From Microcaecilia unicolor (lineage: Eukaryota), in contig NC_044034.1 of the NCBI RefSeq assembly GCF_901765095.1, positions 62,626,339 through 62,690,338 of the forward strand: 64,000 bases of DNA. Direction: 5' to 3'. A model generated the notes under the pieces. That model saw nothing but the letters and a program-made list of their open reading frames with translations, made no database searches and had not been told where the DNA came from. Below are positions 1 to 10,130 of this stretch, piece by piece (the first letter of the stretch is position 1; every line of letters begins with the position of its first letter). A program made the position numbers and the translations under genes.

Positions 1-48
1 AGAAAATTTAGAAGGTATTTTGAGTATTGATATGTCTACCATTCCTCT

Positions 49-636
49 ATGCTCGTGGCCAAAATTCAGTCTTACCAGCTCTACACGAGCATACACATGC
101 GGAACAATGTGCGGCAGTTGGCGGGCTTGGTGGACAAGCTCCCTCCTGAGCAAGCCAAGCCATTTCAGGAGGTGGTCAGGCAGCTGAAGGCGTGCAGAAA
201 ATTCCTGGCCAGAGGGGTGTATGACACCTTTGATGTTGCGTCCAGGGCCGCTGCTCGAGGTGTGGTGATGTGCAGACTCTCATGGCTGCGTGCCTCCGAC
301 CTGGAGAATAGGATCCAGCAGCGGATTGCGGACTCGCCTTGCCGTGCGGATAATATTTTTGGAGAGAAGGTCGAACAGGTGGTAGAGCAGCTCCACCAGC
401 GGAATACCGCTTTCGACAAGTTCTCCCGCCAGCAGCCCTCAGCTTCTACCTCCACAGGTAGACGTTTTTATGGGGGAAGGAAGACTGTTCCCTACTCTTC
501 TGGCAAGCGTAGGTACAATCCTCTTTCTCAACAGCCTGCGGCCCAGGCTAAGGCCCAGCGCGCTCGCTCTCGTCAGCAGCGTGCGCCTCAGCAAGGCCCC
601 TCGGCTCCCCAGCAAAAGCAAGGGACGAGCTTTTGA
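49..636 (+). CDS. DIRS ORF1 (Gag-like), basic Q/R-rich C-terminus
   Basis: 195-aa ORF immediately upstream of and overlapping the pol ORF in a -1 arrangement. No recognisable zinc knuckle, so the call rests on position and composition only. Confidence 0.45.
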   Translation: MLVAKIQSYQLYTSIHMRNNVRQLAGLVDKLPPEQAKPFQEVVRQLKACRKFLARGVYDTFDVASRAAARGVVMCRLSWLRASDLENRIQQRIADSPCRADNIFGEKVEQVVEQLHQRNTAFDKFSRQQPSASTSTGRRFYGGRKTVPYSSGKRRYNPLSQQPAAQAKAQRARSRQQRAPQQGPSAPQQKQGTSF

Positions 637-2560
637 CTGGCTCCAGCAGAGCATAGCCGCCATCCAAGTGTCAGTGCCGGGCGATCTACCGGTCGGAGGG
701 AGGTTGAAAGTTTTTCACCAAAGGTGGCCTCTCATAACCTCCGATCAGTGGGTTCTTCAAATAGTCCGGCAAGGATACACCCTCAATTTGGCCTCCAAAC
801 CTCCAAATTGCCCACCGGGAGCTCAGTCTTACAGCTTCCAGCACAAGCAGGTACTTGCAGAGGAACTCTCCGCCCTTCTCAGCGCCAATGCGGTCGAGCC
901 CGTGGCATCCGGGCAAGAAGGGCTGGGATTCTATTCCAGGTACTTCCTTGTGGAAAAGAAAACAGGGGGGATGCGTCCCATCCTAGACCTAAGGGCCCTG
1001 AACAAATATCTGGTCAAGGAAAAGTTCAGGATGCTTTCCCTGGGCACCCTTCTCCCCATGATTCAGGAAAACGATTGGCTATGCTCTCTGGACTTGAAGG
1101 ACGCCTACACGCACATCCCGATACTGCCAGCTCACAAACAGTATCTGCGATTTCAGCTGGGCACACGTCACTTCCAGTACTGTGTGCTACCCTTTGGGCT
1201 CGCCTCTGCGCCCAGAGTGTTCACGAAGTGCTTGGCTGTAGTAGCAGCGGCACTTCGCAGGCTGGGGGTACACGTGTTCCCATATCTCGACGATTGGCTG
1301 GTGAAGAACACATCCGAGGCAGGAGCTCTACAGTCCATGCAGATGACTATTCGCCTCCTGGAGCTACTGGGGTTTGTGGTAAATTATCCAAAGTCCCATC
1401 TTCTCCCAGTACAGAGACTCGAATTCATAGGAGCTCTGCTGGATTCTCGGACGGCTCATGCCTATCTCCCAGAGACGAGAGCCAACAACTTGTTGTCCCT
1501 CGTCTCTCGGGTACGAGCGTCCCAGCAGATCACAGCTCGGCAGATGTTGAGATTGTTGGGCCACATGGCCTCCACAGTTCATGTGACTCCCATGGCCCGC
1601 ATTCACATGAGATCTGCTCAATGGACCCTAGCTTCCCAGTGGTTTAAGGCTGCTGGGGATCTAGAAGACGTGATCCACCTGTCCACGAATTTTCTCAAAT
1701 CCCTGTATTGGTGGACGATTTGGTCCAATTTGACTCTGGGACGTCCTTTCCAAATTCCTCAGCCACAAAAAGTGCTGACTACGGATGCGTCTCTCCTGGG
1801 GTGGGGAGCTCATGTCGATGGGCTTCACACCCAGGGAAGCTGGTCCCTCCAGGAACGCGATCTGCAGATCAATCTTCTGGAGTTACGAGCGGTCTGGAAC
1901 GCTCTGAAGGCTTTCAGAGATTGGCTGTCCCACCAAATTATCCAAATTCAGACAGACAACCAGGTTGCCATGTATTACATCAACAAGCAGGGGGGCACCG
2001 GATCTCGCCCCCTGTGTCAGGAAGCCGTCAGCATGTGGCTCTGGGCTCGCCGTCACGGCATGGTGCTCCAAGCCACATATCTGGCAGGCGTAAGCAACAG
2101 TCTGGCCGACAGACTGAGCAGGATTATGCAACCTCACGAGTGGTCGCTCAATTCCCGAGTAGTGCGCCAGATCTTCCAGGTGTGGGGCACCCCCTTGGTA
2201 GATCTCTTTGCATCTCGAGCCAACCACAAAGTCCCTCAGTTCTGTTCCAGGCTTCAGGCCCACGGCAGACTGGCATCGGATGCCTTCCTCCTGGACTGGG
2301 GGGAGGGTCTGCTGTATGCTTATCCTCCCATACCTCTGGTGGGGAAGACTTTGTTGAAACTCAAGCAAGACCGAGGCACCATGATTCTGATTGCTCCTTT
2401 TTGGCCGCGTCAGATCTGGTTCCCTCTTCTTCTGGAGTTGTCCTCCGAAGAACCGTGGAGATTGGAGTGTTTTCCGACCCTCATCACACAGGACGAAGGG
2501 GCGCTTCTGCATCCCAACCTCCGGTCTCTGGCTCTCACGGCCTGGATGTTGAGAGCGTAG
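470..2560 (+). CDS. DIRS Pol: reverse transcriptase + RNase H
   Basis: 696-aa ORF. RT motifs: 'RPILDLRALNKY', 'LDLKDAYTHIP', 'QYCVLPFGLASAPRVF' and 'FPYLDDWLV' (YLDD box). RNase H motifs: 'TDASLLGWGA', 'NLLELRAV' and 'QTDNQVAMYYINKQGG'. Confidence 0.85.
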   Translation: MGEGRLFPTLLASVGTILFLNSLRPRLRPSALALVSSVRLSKAPRLPSKSKGRAFDWLQQSIAAIQVSVPGDLPVGGRLKVFHQRWPLITSDQWVLQIVRQGYTLNLASKPPNCPPGAQSYSFQHKQVLAEELSALLSANAVEPVASGQEGLGFYSRYFLVEKKTGGMRPILDLRALNKYLVKEKFRMLSLGTLLPMIQENDWLCSLDLKDAYTHIPILPAHKQYLRFQLGTRHFQYCVLPFGLASAPRVFTKCLAVVAAALRRLGVHVFPYLDDWLVKNTSEAGALQSMQMTIRLLELLGFVVNYPKSHLLPVQRLEFIGALLDSRTAHAYLPETRANNLLSLVSRVRASQQITARQMLRLLGHMASTVHVTPMARIHMRSAQWTLASQWFKAAGDLEDVIHLSTNFLKSLYWWTIWSNLTLGRPFQIPQPQKVLTTDASLLGWGAHVDGLHTQGSWSLQERDLQINLLELRAVWNALKAFRDWLSHQIIQIQTDNQVAMYYINKQGGTGSRPLCQEAVSMWLWARRHGMVLQATYLAGVSNSLADRLSRIMQPHEWSLNSRVVRQIFQVWGTPLVDLFASRANHKVPQFCSRLQAHGRLASDAFLLDWGEGLLYAYPPIPLVGKTLLKLKQDRGTMILIAPFWPRQIWFPLLLELSSEEPWRLECFPTLITQDEGALLHPNLRSLALTAWMLRA

Positions 2561-2562
2561 AC

Positions 2563-3597
2563 TTTGCCTCTTTGGGTCTGTCAGAGGGTGTCTCCCGCAT
2601 CTTGCTTGCTTCCAGGAAAGATTCCACTAAGAGGAGTTACTTCTTTCTATGGAGGAGGTTTGCCGTCTGGTGTGACAGCAAGACCCTAGATCCTCGCTCT
2701 TGTCCTACACAGACCCTGCTTGAATACCTTCTGCACTTGTCTGAGTCTGGTCTCAAAACCAAATCTGTAAGGGTTCACCTTAGTGCAATCAGTGAATACC
2801 ATTACCGTGTGGAAGGTAAGCCGATCTCAGGACAGCCTTTAGTTGTTCGCTTCATGAGAGGTTTGCTTTTGTCAAAGCCCCCTGTCAAACCTCCTACAGT
2901 CTCATGGGATCTCAATGTCGTTCTCACCCAGCTGATGAAACCTCCTTTTGAGCCACTGAACTCCTGCCATCTGAAGTACTTGACCTGGAAGGTCATTTTC
3001 TTGGTGGCAGTTACTTCAGCTCGTAGAGTCAGTGAGCTTCAGGCCCTGGTAGCCCAGGCCCCTTGCACCAAATTTCATCATAACAGAGTAGTCCTCCGCA
3101 CTCACCCTAAGTTCTTGCCAAAGGTTGTGTCGGAGTTCCATCTGAACCAGTCAATTGTCTTGCCAACATTCTTTCCCCGTCCTCATTCCTGCCCTGCTGA
3201 ACGTCAGCTCCACACATTGGACTGCAAGAGAACATTGGCCTTCTATCTGGAGCGGACACAGCCCAACAGACAGTCCGCCCAATTGTTTGTTTCTTTTGAT
3301 CCCAACAGGAGGGGAGTGGCTGTGGGGAAATGCACCATATCCAATTGGCTAGCAGATTGCATTTCCTTCACTTACACCCAGGCTGGGCTGGCTCTTGAGG
3401 GTCATGTCACGGCTCATAATGTTAGAGCCATGGCAGCGTCGGTAGCCCACTTGAAGTCAGCCACTATTGAAGAGATTTGCAAAGCTGCGACGTGGTCATC
3501 TGTCCACACATTCACATCTCATTACTGCCTGCAGCAGGATACCCAACGCGACAGTCGGTTCGGGCAGTCAGTGCTTCAGAATCTGTTCGGGGTTTAG
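2563..3597 (+). CDS. DIRS tyrosine recombinase (phage-integrase-like YR domain)
   Basis: The frame of track ORF 1708..3597 continues directly after the pol stop. Motifs 'LSESGLKTKSVRVHLSAI', 'VAVTSARRVSEL' (Arg box) and 'HTFTSHY' (C-terminal His/Tyr region) are typical of DIRS/Ngaro YRs. The part of that ORF upstream of 2560 overlaps RNase H out of frame and is not considered coding. Confidence 0.7.
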   Translation, partial: FASLGLSEGVSRILLASRKDSTKRSYFFLWRRFAVWCDSKTLDPRSCPTQTLLEYLLHLSESGLKTKSVRVHLSAISEYHYRVEGKPISGQPLVVRFMRGLLLSKPPVKPPTVSWDLNVVLTQLMKPPFEPLNSCHLKYLTWKVIFLVAVTSARRVSELQALVAQAPCTKFHHNRVVLRTHPKFLPKVVSEFHLNQSIVLPTFFPRPHSCPAERQLHTLDCKRTLAFYLERTQPNRQSAQLFVSFDPNRRGVAVGKCTISNWLADCISFTYTQAGLALEGHVTAHNVRAMAASVAHLKSATIEEICKAATWSSVHTFTSHYCLQQDTQRDSRFGQSVLQNLFGV

Positions 3598-3750
3598 GAT
3601 CCAACTCCACCCCCCAAGGCCCATGTTTTATTCTGTTCCAGGCTGCACTCTCAGTTAGTTGGAAAAACTGTTAGGTCAATCTCAGTTATGTCCTCGCCGT
3701 TGCGAGGCCCAATTGACCATGTTTGTTGTTTTGAGTGAGCCTGGGGACTA

Positions 3751-4117
3751 GGGATACCCCATCAGTGAGAACAAGCAGCCTGCTTGTCCTCGGAGAAAGC
3801 GAATGCTACATACCTGTAGAAGGTATTCTCAGAGGACAGCAGGCTGATTGTTCTTACAAACTCGCCCGCCTCCCCTTTGGAGTTGTGTCTTCCCTTGTCT
3901 TTGTCTTGCTACATATGAGACTGACGAACACGAGCCGGTTCGGGCGGGAAGACGGCCGCGCATGCGCGGTACGCATGGGCGCGCGAGGACTAGCAAAGGC
4001 CTTTGCTAGTGAAGTTTCCGATTGGAGGGGCTGCCGTGGACGTCACCCATCAGTGAGAACAATCAGCCTGCTGTCCTCGGAGAATACCTTCTACAGGTAT
4101 GTAGCATTCGCTTTGTC
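3751..4117. repeat. DIRS terminal inverted/complementary repeat structure
   Basis: 'ccatcagtgagaacaaGcagcctgctTgtcctcggagaa' at ~3762 is repeated directly at ~4046. The adjacent 'agcgaatgctacatacctgtagaaggtattctc' (~3800) recurs as its reverse complement 'gaataccttctacaggtatgtagcattcgc' (~4083). An inverted copy 'gaggacagcaggctgattgttctt' sits at ~3833. Confidence 0.55.
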
Positions 4118-4462
4118 AACACTTGCTATACCGCTATAGCTGAGCACAGACCTAAGCGGTTCTCAGACTAAAGTAATGAAATCGGAAAAAGAACTACAAT
4201 GTACGATAGGAAAGTAGGGGATAAAAACAACCGAATTAAATTATAGGCCTCAGGAGTAGAAGGAAAACACAGGAGGGGTAGAGAAAGGAAGGAGGGGTTG
4301 TGGATGAAAAAGGGAAAACTCGCATAAGTTCAGTTAACTAGTCACTGAAAGCTTGCTGAAAAAGCCATGTCTTAATGGCAGTCTTAAACTTGGACAGGGA
4401 TAGCTTGGCATGGATCTCATTAGAGAGACTGTTCCATATCATAGGTGCCAGAAAACACTTTT

Positions 4463-5455
4463 TCAGATCCTTTCACACTTGGCAAGATGAGGTCCTGGAA
4501 GAACCATCCAATGGTCACTGAGCAATTGCAAAACTCGCGCAGGGGTATAGGGAACAATGAGGGAAGCGAGAGAAGAAAGATAACCAATGCAAAAGGTCTT
4601 GAAGGCCAATAAAAGTATTTTACATTGTGTCCAGAAGATAACAGGCAACCAATGGTGTTCTTGGAAAAGGGGGTTTGCTTGGTCATTTTTACCAGTATGG
4701 CAGAGAAGCCTGATAGCAGTGTTTTGTACAAATTGAAGTTTCTTAGTGATAGTTTGTGTAGCACCAGCAAAAACAATATTGCAATAGACAAGTTTGGTTG
4801 TGATGAGAGAAAGAAGAAGAACGTTGAAAGAATCATGAGTGACGAATCTAGAGCATAGTTGCCTAAGTGTAAAGAAACAGGACATTACTACAACAGGAAG
4901 TATAGGATGAGAAGGATAACCGAGAATCAGTTTGGTCACCTAGGTAACGAAAATAGGGGACGGGTGTGATGGATGTTCCAAAAAGGAGACTGGAGGATGG
5001 GTAGGTCTGTTCCCCCGTGATCCAACAGGCTTCAGTCTTACTGGGATTTAGGATCATACTATGAGAAGAAAGCCACTGAGAGAGAGCATCTAAACACAGC
5101 TGAAGTGTTGAGATGCAAGAAGATGGATCATTGTAATAAAGTAGGAGAATATCATCATAAATGTATGTGGAGATACAGAAACTTTGAATCAAAAAGGCTA
5201 GTGGACTGAGGAATAGATTAAATACAAGGGGCAAGAGGATAGAACCTGGAGGAACACCACTGTGGAAAAGTTGAAATGAGTATTACGATGAAGCAGAGAT
5301 GACTTTAAAAGGAGCATGAAGAAAGAAAGGAAGAGATCAGTTGCAACAGTAATCCAGAGATACCGATAGAAGCCAGGCAAGAAAAGAAGCTTGTAATCAA
5401 TGAGGTTGAAAGCTGATGAAAGATCTAAGGATATAGCAAGAGCATAACAACCCAA
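4463..5455 (-). mobile_element. non-LTR retrotransposon fragment: RT C-terminal part followed by conserved 'LDYCN...HWLPV' motif region
   Basis: Broken ORFs 5198..5455, 4863..5234 and 4463..4939 on the minus strand. RT-like 'YIYDDILLL' and 'ILNPSKTE', then '...LVYCNIVFAG...LQFVQNTAIRLL...HWLPVIFW...FKTF'. Confidence 0.5.
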
Positions 5456-5689
5456 ATCTAATTGTGCTTAGAAAGCTAGCTAGGACCGTTTTTGTGCAAT
5501 AATGAGTCCCTATAGCCTGATTGCTTAGGGTGCAAAGTAAAAGTTGATTCAACAAAAGAAGAGATGTTGAAAAACTGCCTTTTCTAAGATCCTGGAGAGG
5601 AAGCATAGATTGGAGACTGTACGGTAATGCTTTGGATCAGAAGGGTCAAGGATAGGCTTCTTAAGAATCTGATAAACTAGAATCCTTAT

Positions 5690-6700
5690 GGATAGAAATT
5701 CCATGTGTTAAGGGGAAAAGGATAGTGATAAGAGTGTACTACTGTCCACCTGTCCAGGATGAACAGACTGATTTAGAAATGCTATCAGAAATTAGGGAGG
5801 CTAACAAACTGGGCAACACAATAATAATGAGTGATTTCAATTAAGCTGATGTTGACTGGTTAAATGTAATAGTGCATGCTAAGGAGGTAAAATTCCTTGA
5901 TGAAATCAACGACTGCTTTATGGAGCAGCTGGTTCAGGAACCAACAAGAGGGGAAAACATTCTGGACCTAGTCCTTAGTGGAGCACATGATCTGATGCAG
6001 GAGGCAATGGTGCTGGGGGCTGCTTGATAACAGTGATCATAATATGATCAGATTTGATATTGGCTTTGGAGTAAGTATACACAGGAAATCCCAATACGTT
6101 AGCATTTAACTTTGAAAAAGGAGACCGTGATAAAATGGGAAAAACAGTACAAAAAAAAAAAACCTTTAGAGGAGCAACTGCAAAGGTCAAAAATTTACAT
6201 CAGGAGTGGATGCTGTTCAAAAATACCATGCTGGAAATCCAGACCAGACATATTCAGTGTATTAAAAAAAGGAGGAAGGAAGGGCAAACGACAGCCAGCA
6301 TTGTTAAAAAGTGAGGTGAAGGAAGCTATTAGAGATAAAAGATAATCCTTCAGAAAATGGAAGAAGCATCTGACTGAAATTAATAGGAAACAGCATAAGG
6401 AATGGCAAGTCAAATGCTAAGTGCTGATAAGGAAGGCAAAGAAAGACTTTGAAAAGAAGATTGCATTGGAGGCAAAAATACAGAATAGTAACTTTTTTAT
6501 GTATATTGGAAGCAAGAAGCTGGCAAAAGAATCAGACAACAAAACAGCAGATACAAACCGGAAGAATGTTCAAAAATTTATTGATGATGTCAAATACCAG
6601 ACTTATTGCCCGACACAGGCCGTGTTTCGCCCAAGAAGGGCTACGTCAGGGGCTAAATCAATTAAAACACATAGAAATAACCCATAAAAGTAAATACTTA
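5690..6700 (+). mobile_element. CR1-like LINE 5' portion (AP-endonuclease domain and ORF2 N-terminal linker), frameshifted
   Basis: Translated pieces 'GDFN'-type EN region, 'EQLVQEPTRGENILDLVLSGAHDLMQE', and ORFs 6112..6345 and 6421..6687 ('FFMYIGSKKLAKES' resembles CR1 'FFKYI.SK'). Confidence 0.5.
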
Positions 6701-8160
6701 AAAATACAACATTACAAATTACTGTAAATAAAATAATAGAATAGAATAAATATAATACACCATGGATTAAATAAAAAATAAATGACTACATTTATAGCTA
6801 ATGATAACTTATAATACAAAAATATATGAGTCAATAAAAGACTACCCACATACATTAGTATCAAGGGCATATACAATAATAAATATTAAAACTGAAAATA
6901 CAGAGACCATATTTCTATAATTTATGAAACCCTAATATTTAAATTAATTGCCTGATAAACTCAATCTGTAATTTTTTAACAATATATACTAAAACCAGAT
7001 AGGACACGGACATTAATAGAATGAAATAAATATAACACATACCAAAAATCTCAGAGATATCATTCATCGTAATAAATGCTATTTGAATAAAATCAGAATA
7101 AAAAAGTTAAAAATAACAAGAAGAAAAAAGGAAAAATAATGGAAAAGACAAATACTTATTCACATGAACCTTGAAATGCTAGGTTCTTGATAGAATAATT
7201 AGTTCTTGAAAAAAACAGCAGGAAGGATATACTCTGGAGCAGTATAAAAATTAACAGAATCAAATTAGTCACTACTCTCATAAATCTTTGTAAGAGAAGT
7301 ACATATAATCCATGGTACTCCATATCAATCAGGTAACCCTATTACATAAGATTGACTAATTCAAAGCAAAAAACAGGACCAAAATGCCTTTAAAACATTT
7401 CTGACTTATAAATACTGGGGAAGCAAATCATCGTACAAAGCACACGTCACTGCAAGGTGAGTGCAGACAAAACTGTAAACTATATAAAAAAAGGTGTATG
7501 AAAATCATAGACTTACAATGACTATCATCACATGCCTTTCCTCCAGTGCTGAAAAAACAGATGGATAAGTGGTCTTGTTTTTATATATAATCAGATCCTA
7601 GTTCAAAGGTCAAAAGGCACGTATGTCATAGGTCAGAGACTGTCCAACACAACAAAACAAAAGACTTACATTGTGGATATAAACCAAAGTGGCGAACATG
7701 CATTAAAAAGCGAATATATATGGAATAGTCACTACAAAGCTAAAAACTGATAAAAACAAATAACTGTGGGCAAGTCCCACATCTAAAATGGCCGTCTTAG
7801 CCCTTCCTGCTTCTTTAGTGGTGCAGTCAGCTTAAAAACAGATGACTATGGGCATATACCACATCCAAAATGGCCGTCTAAGCGCCTGAAAACAAATAAC
7901 TATGGGCATGTACCACATCCAAAACGGCTGTCTTAGCCAACAAAACCTATCGGCCCTTACTGCTTCTTTAGTGATGCCATCTTATCGCAAAAATAGACAT
8001 TAAAATCAAATAGGATATAAAAATGTGGAAAAATAAATAAATAATAAAAAAACGAAAAATGAAAAATGTTGGTAAACAAAAGATAAAAATACAAATAGCA
8101 TATGATAATTAAGGCAAATGGTCGTGTCCTATCAACCCCAAATGAAATCATGGAAATAAA
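6700..8160. repeat. AT/A-rich low-complexity block containing a ~70-bp tandem repeat (about 3 units, ~7770-7990)
   Basis: 'ccacatc(t/c)aaaatggccgtcttagc...' repeated three times, embedded in 'aataaaataat'-type low complexity. Confidence 0.55.
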
Positions 8161-8364
8161 ATCAGAGAAATACTGATAAATCTGTTTCCATGTTTAAACC
8201 ATTAGGATTTAAAGTCTCTAACTCAAATATAAATTGTTCTTCTTTCCGCAGCAGGGCAATTTCACTAGAACCACCCCTCCAATTACGTTTATACACAAAC
8301 AACACACAGAATCAGAAATCCTCAAATTTATGACCCTTAACTACTGAATGTTCCACCAGTTTTA

Positions 8365-9109
8365 TCAAGTGCATTCCTTTTGATTGCTCTTATGTTCAAT
8401 TATTCTGATATTGAATCTCCTTTTAGTCTTACCTATATATGCCATCCCACATGGGCACAAAACTACATAGATAACATTCTGTGTTTTACAATTGGAAAAA
8501 CAATTTAAATGTACCTTAATACTAATATTAATAGCTAGAAAAGGAATAGTTTTAGTGTTGTAGTTCATCTGAAACTTTAGATTGGAGTCAAGTGTATTTA
8601 ACCAAGAGAAAAAATTCTCTAAACTGCTTACAGTCCCTCTCCAAACTAAAAAAAAAAGTGTCATCTGTATACCGTTTCCACAAGTGAATGTTATCTACAA
8701 AATTATTGTTTGAGAGATATTTCTCTTCAAAATTACACACATACAGGTTAGCAATTGAAGGAGCGAAAGTAGCCCCCATAGCAGTACCCTTTACTTGCTA
8801 ATAATATTTCCCATTAAAAGCAAAAAAATTCTTTGTTAGTGCAATGGTGGCTAATTCTACTATAAATTCAGTAGGGATGCGACGATAAAAGTCTCTATTG
8901 GCGATAGTGTTCCTAATGATCTCTATGGATTCGAACTGTGGTATATTTGTATACAGACTCTCTATATCTAAGTTGACTAAAATCATGTCACTACTCGGAG
9001 TCATAGTGTTGAGTAGATTAATCCTGTCAGCTGTATCGCGGATGTAGGATGGAATCTTACTCACAAATGGACGAAGAAATTTATCTATAAAAATGGACAA
9101 TGGTTCCAA
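8365..9109 (-). mobile_element. Penelope-like element (PLE) fragment: RT followed by GIY-YIG endonuclease
   Basis: ORFs 8798..9109 and 8588..8779 carry RT-like 'GATFAPSIANLYV' and 'RYTDDTFFF' (Y-x-DD box). ORF 8365..8664 has 'VIYVVLCPCGMAYIGKTKRRFNIRIIEH', a GIY-YIG core with a CxC insertion, as in PLE endonucleases. Confidence 0.65.
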
Positions 9110-9655
9110 TAGGAAGCAATGTCAATATGAAGACTAGTGTCTTTCACGTTACCTCTTCAAATAAAAAGGTACATTTAAATTGTTTCTCCAGTTGTACGAC
9201 TGGTAGCGCTATAGAAATGATTTGTAGTAGTAGTAACTGCTCAGTTGGTCTCATTAAAGCGGTCTTTCTCTCTCTACTTCCAAATTGAGACTGGCGAAAA
9301 ATCAAGTATTTCCAGACTGAATTTGAGCTCCTGGGCCAATTAGAGCCCAGAACAACATTTTTTAAAAGTAGCTGGCCATATCAATGCAGGATACTTTCTC
9401 TTTGTGTTAAACTAAAGTAGGAACAGTCATTTCTCTGTAGCAGCTTTAAACATAAAACATGCACCACCTGCTGGCCACACTAGAGAAATACACATCAAGA
9501 AATAATACAGTTTACAAACTTTAAAACCCACTGTTTTGTCACAATCTTAAACTAACTGTGAAATTTTCTAGTCAAAAAGAGTAGTCTGTAAATTTAAGTA
9601 GAGTAATCTTTTTTTTATTATTATTTTAATAATAGACGTATAGGTACCAATACAG

Positions 9656-9850
9656 TCCAAGAATATGGATGAAGTTTCTCTTATTTCCTTTTCTTACTGT
9701 AAAGGTAAAAGTGCCTTTCAATCTGAAACGGACTCAGATAGAATCTCTTCCCAGAGAGCTCCGTCTTACATGCCCTGTATGCTGCAGGTACCTGTGGCAC
9801 AAGCCTTTGGAAGTTTAAATACCATGGAAGAATCACAGCAGTCTTCAATG
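9656..9850 (+). other. candidate protein-coding exon (copy 1, exon a) of unidentified host gene; FG-containing peptide
   Basis: Acceptor 'ccaatacag|' at 9651-9655 and donor 'ATG|gtaagc' at 9851. Single open frame from ATG 9665 (62 codons): '...SSQRAPSYMPCMLQVPVAQAFGSLNTMEESQQSSM'. The exon is duplicated at 20991-21188 with conserved splice sites. Confidence 0.35.
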
Positions 9851-9949
9851 GTAAGCAAATACATATTTGATTCTGCAGCCTGGGTACTATACAGAAGGTG
9901 ATTTTTCTTCTCTTTTCCTAGTACAGGGATGCAGGAGTTCAGTTGTCGA

Positions 9950-10130
9950 GTTCAGCAAGCAGGTCAGGTTTTCAGGAAATCCCTAATGAATGTGAATGAG
10001 AGAGATTTGCATACAATGGAGATAGTTTCCATTCAGCTCTTTCATGCATATTTATCTTCATTAGATGCAAATCTCTCTCATGCATATTCATTATCAATAT
10101 TCTGAAAACCTGACCTGTTTGCTGCACTCT
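9950..10130. mobile_element. short palindromic MITE ('caggtcaggttttcagga(a/t)atcc...' TIR family)
   Basis: Self-complementary ~180 bp. Related copies at 21290-21425, 25130-25255 and 40725-40890. Confidence 0.5.

Larger units (their letters stand above)
1..4140 (+). mobile_element. DIRS-like (tyrosine-recombinase) retrotransposon, near complete; 5' end runs off the window start
   Basis: Contiguous Gag-like ORF, RT+RNase H ORF and tyrosine-recombinase ORF, followed by a complex inverted-repeat terminus at 3751-4117. DIRS elements use a YR instead of an integrase and end in split or inverted repeats. Confidence 0.8.

Noticed and set aside
724-1647. 307-aa ORF in an alternative frame inside the DIRS pol region
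   Set aside because: It overlaps the RT ORF (470..2560) out of frame and is low-complexity (S/G/P/R-rich) with no motifs. It is an overlap artefact.
1708-2560. N-terminal 284 aa of track ORF 1708..3597
   Set aside because: This part overlaps RNase H out of frame and is S/G/P-rich. The genuine YR domain starts right after the pol stop (~2563). Only the downstream portion was annotated.
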